Part shown: one piece after another, positions 62,903-64,000 of the stretch
Numbering within the stretch: the first letter of the stretch is position 1
Layout: each line of letters begins with the position of its first letter
DNA from: Octopus sinensis
Taxonomy: Eukaryota
NCBI RefSeq assembly: GCF_006345805.1
Contig: NC_043003.1
Span: 86,738,001 to 86,802,000, forward strand
Length of the DNA stretch: 64,000 nucleotides
Direction: 5' to 3'
The notes under the pieces: generated by a model
Told to the model about the DNA's origin: nothing
Database searches by the model: none
What the model saw: only the letters and a program-made list of their open reading frames with translations
Made by a program: the position numbers and the translations under genes

Positions 62903-63560
62903 AATACCCTGGGTGACAAAAACAAGGCCAAATTTGTGCAGCTAGACATATCGAAATACTACCAATCACTAAACCCAAGCTCTATTATTCGCAAAAAGTA
63001 ACTCCAACCCCACTAGAGATGAAATAGTTATAATTTTAGCGGCTTTGGACTCGTTCAGATAGGGAAGATGCATTCAACATAACAATGGGATCTAGCGACT
63101 CAACACAAGTAACGGATATAGTAGGAATATAGAATCTAGGTTCCCGAACTTAGTGGGTAGGAGATTATATAGAGATGACGCATTATTTACAGTACACAGA
63201 AGTAGTAACGTAAGAATATAAAGATGTAAGAAAAATCTTATTAAATTCTTTAAAAACTGGAAATAGAAATAGAAAAAATCATAGAGTTGTAAAATTCCTG
63301 GATGTAGAGCTTAACCTCAACGATGGAAAGTTCGAACCGTTCCATAAGCAAAATGAAAACTTAAAATGAAAGTCACGGACTCACGTATTTTCAATTCACA
63401 AATAAAATCTAAAATAGGTCGGGAATTCTTCTCAGCGTTAGACAAGCACTTCTCTAAATCTAGCAAATACCACAAAATCCTCAACATACATAATGTGAAA
63501 TTAGCATATATGACATCGCATAATCTAGAATACACAAATTAAACAACATAAAACTCAATA
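62903..63560 (+). mobile_element. Decayed Naiad-type PLE reverse transcriptase remnant
   Basis: Frameshifted KNKAKFVQLDISKYYQS, FNITMGSSDSTQVTDIVG, LYRDD and FLDVELNLNDGKFEPF. Confidence 0.75.
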
Positions 63561-64000
63561 AGATAAAACTAGAGGGAGCTTACGGAAAAACTCTAGATCA
63601 AAACAAAATACTTCTTTATTGAGGCAGTACCTACTGTGAGTAAGGTCAAACCAATGAACTATACTACCTATCCCAACGTGTGCACACATAAATATCAAAA
63701 CAAGTATAGCCTCACCACACACTTCTCTCGTTTACTATTACCATTCCTTTCTTCCCTACCAAATACAAACAGAACTGCCCACATATTCCAATGAACCTTT
63801 TGATTGGTAAAAACTGATTAATATCTTTTGTTATTTCCAACTTTAATGCCATATCGTCAGATGAAATAAATGCATGAACTAAGATTCACATGATGTCCAT
63901 GAATATTACGGATTGTACTCTAATCCTCCTAGGAATATGGGCTATGATCGTCCACCAAATTCACTGTCCGCCACCAAGTTCACATGTCACACTGAAGGAA

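Overview
Eukaryotic, AT-rich, microsatellite-saturated non-coding DNA. It is very likely octopus or another coleoid cephalopod; this is inferred from the SINE families and repeat density, not proven. No complete host gene is recognisable; the only candidate is one weak exon at about 0.8 kb. The window is a retroelement graveyard. It holds a full-length R4/Dong RLE LINE nested in the (TAA)n of a Penelope-like element (PLE) and a near-intact CR1 LINE whose 3' end is shared with an abundant SINE. It also holds a GC-rich Neptune-type PLE, several Naiad-type PLE remnants, RTE, Tx1 and second-R4 3' fragments, a complete irritans-type mariner, a Tigger-like MITE, a pogo remnant and four tRNA-derived SINE families. 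There are three main hidden signals. (1) About a dozen minimal type-I hammerhead ribozyme motifs from several PLE families, some with non-canonical cores (CCGAUGA, CCGACGA, CUGUAGA) and palindromic stem III. (2) UGA/UGG at the second Cys of the GIY-YIG CxxC in three Naiad remnants, consistent with selenoprotein-encoding retroelements. (3) A CR1 LINE/SINE pair with a compensatory-conserved 3' hairpin. Most ORFs in the supplied track are microsatellite or antisense artefacts.
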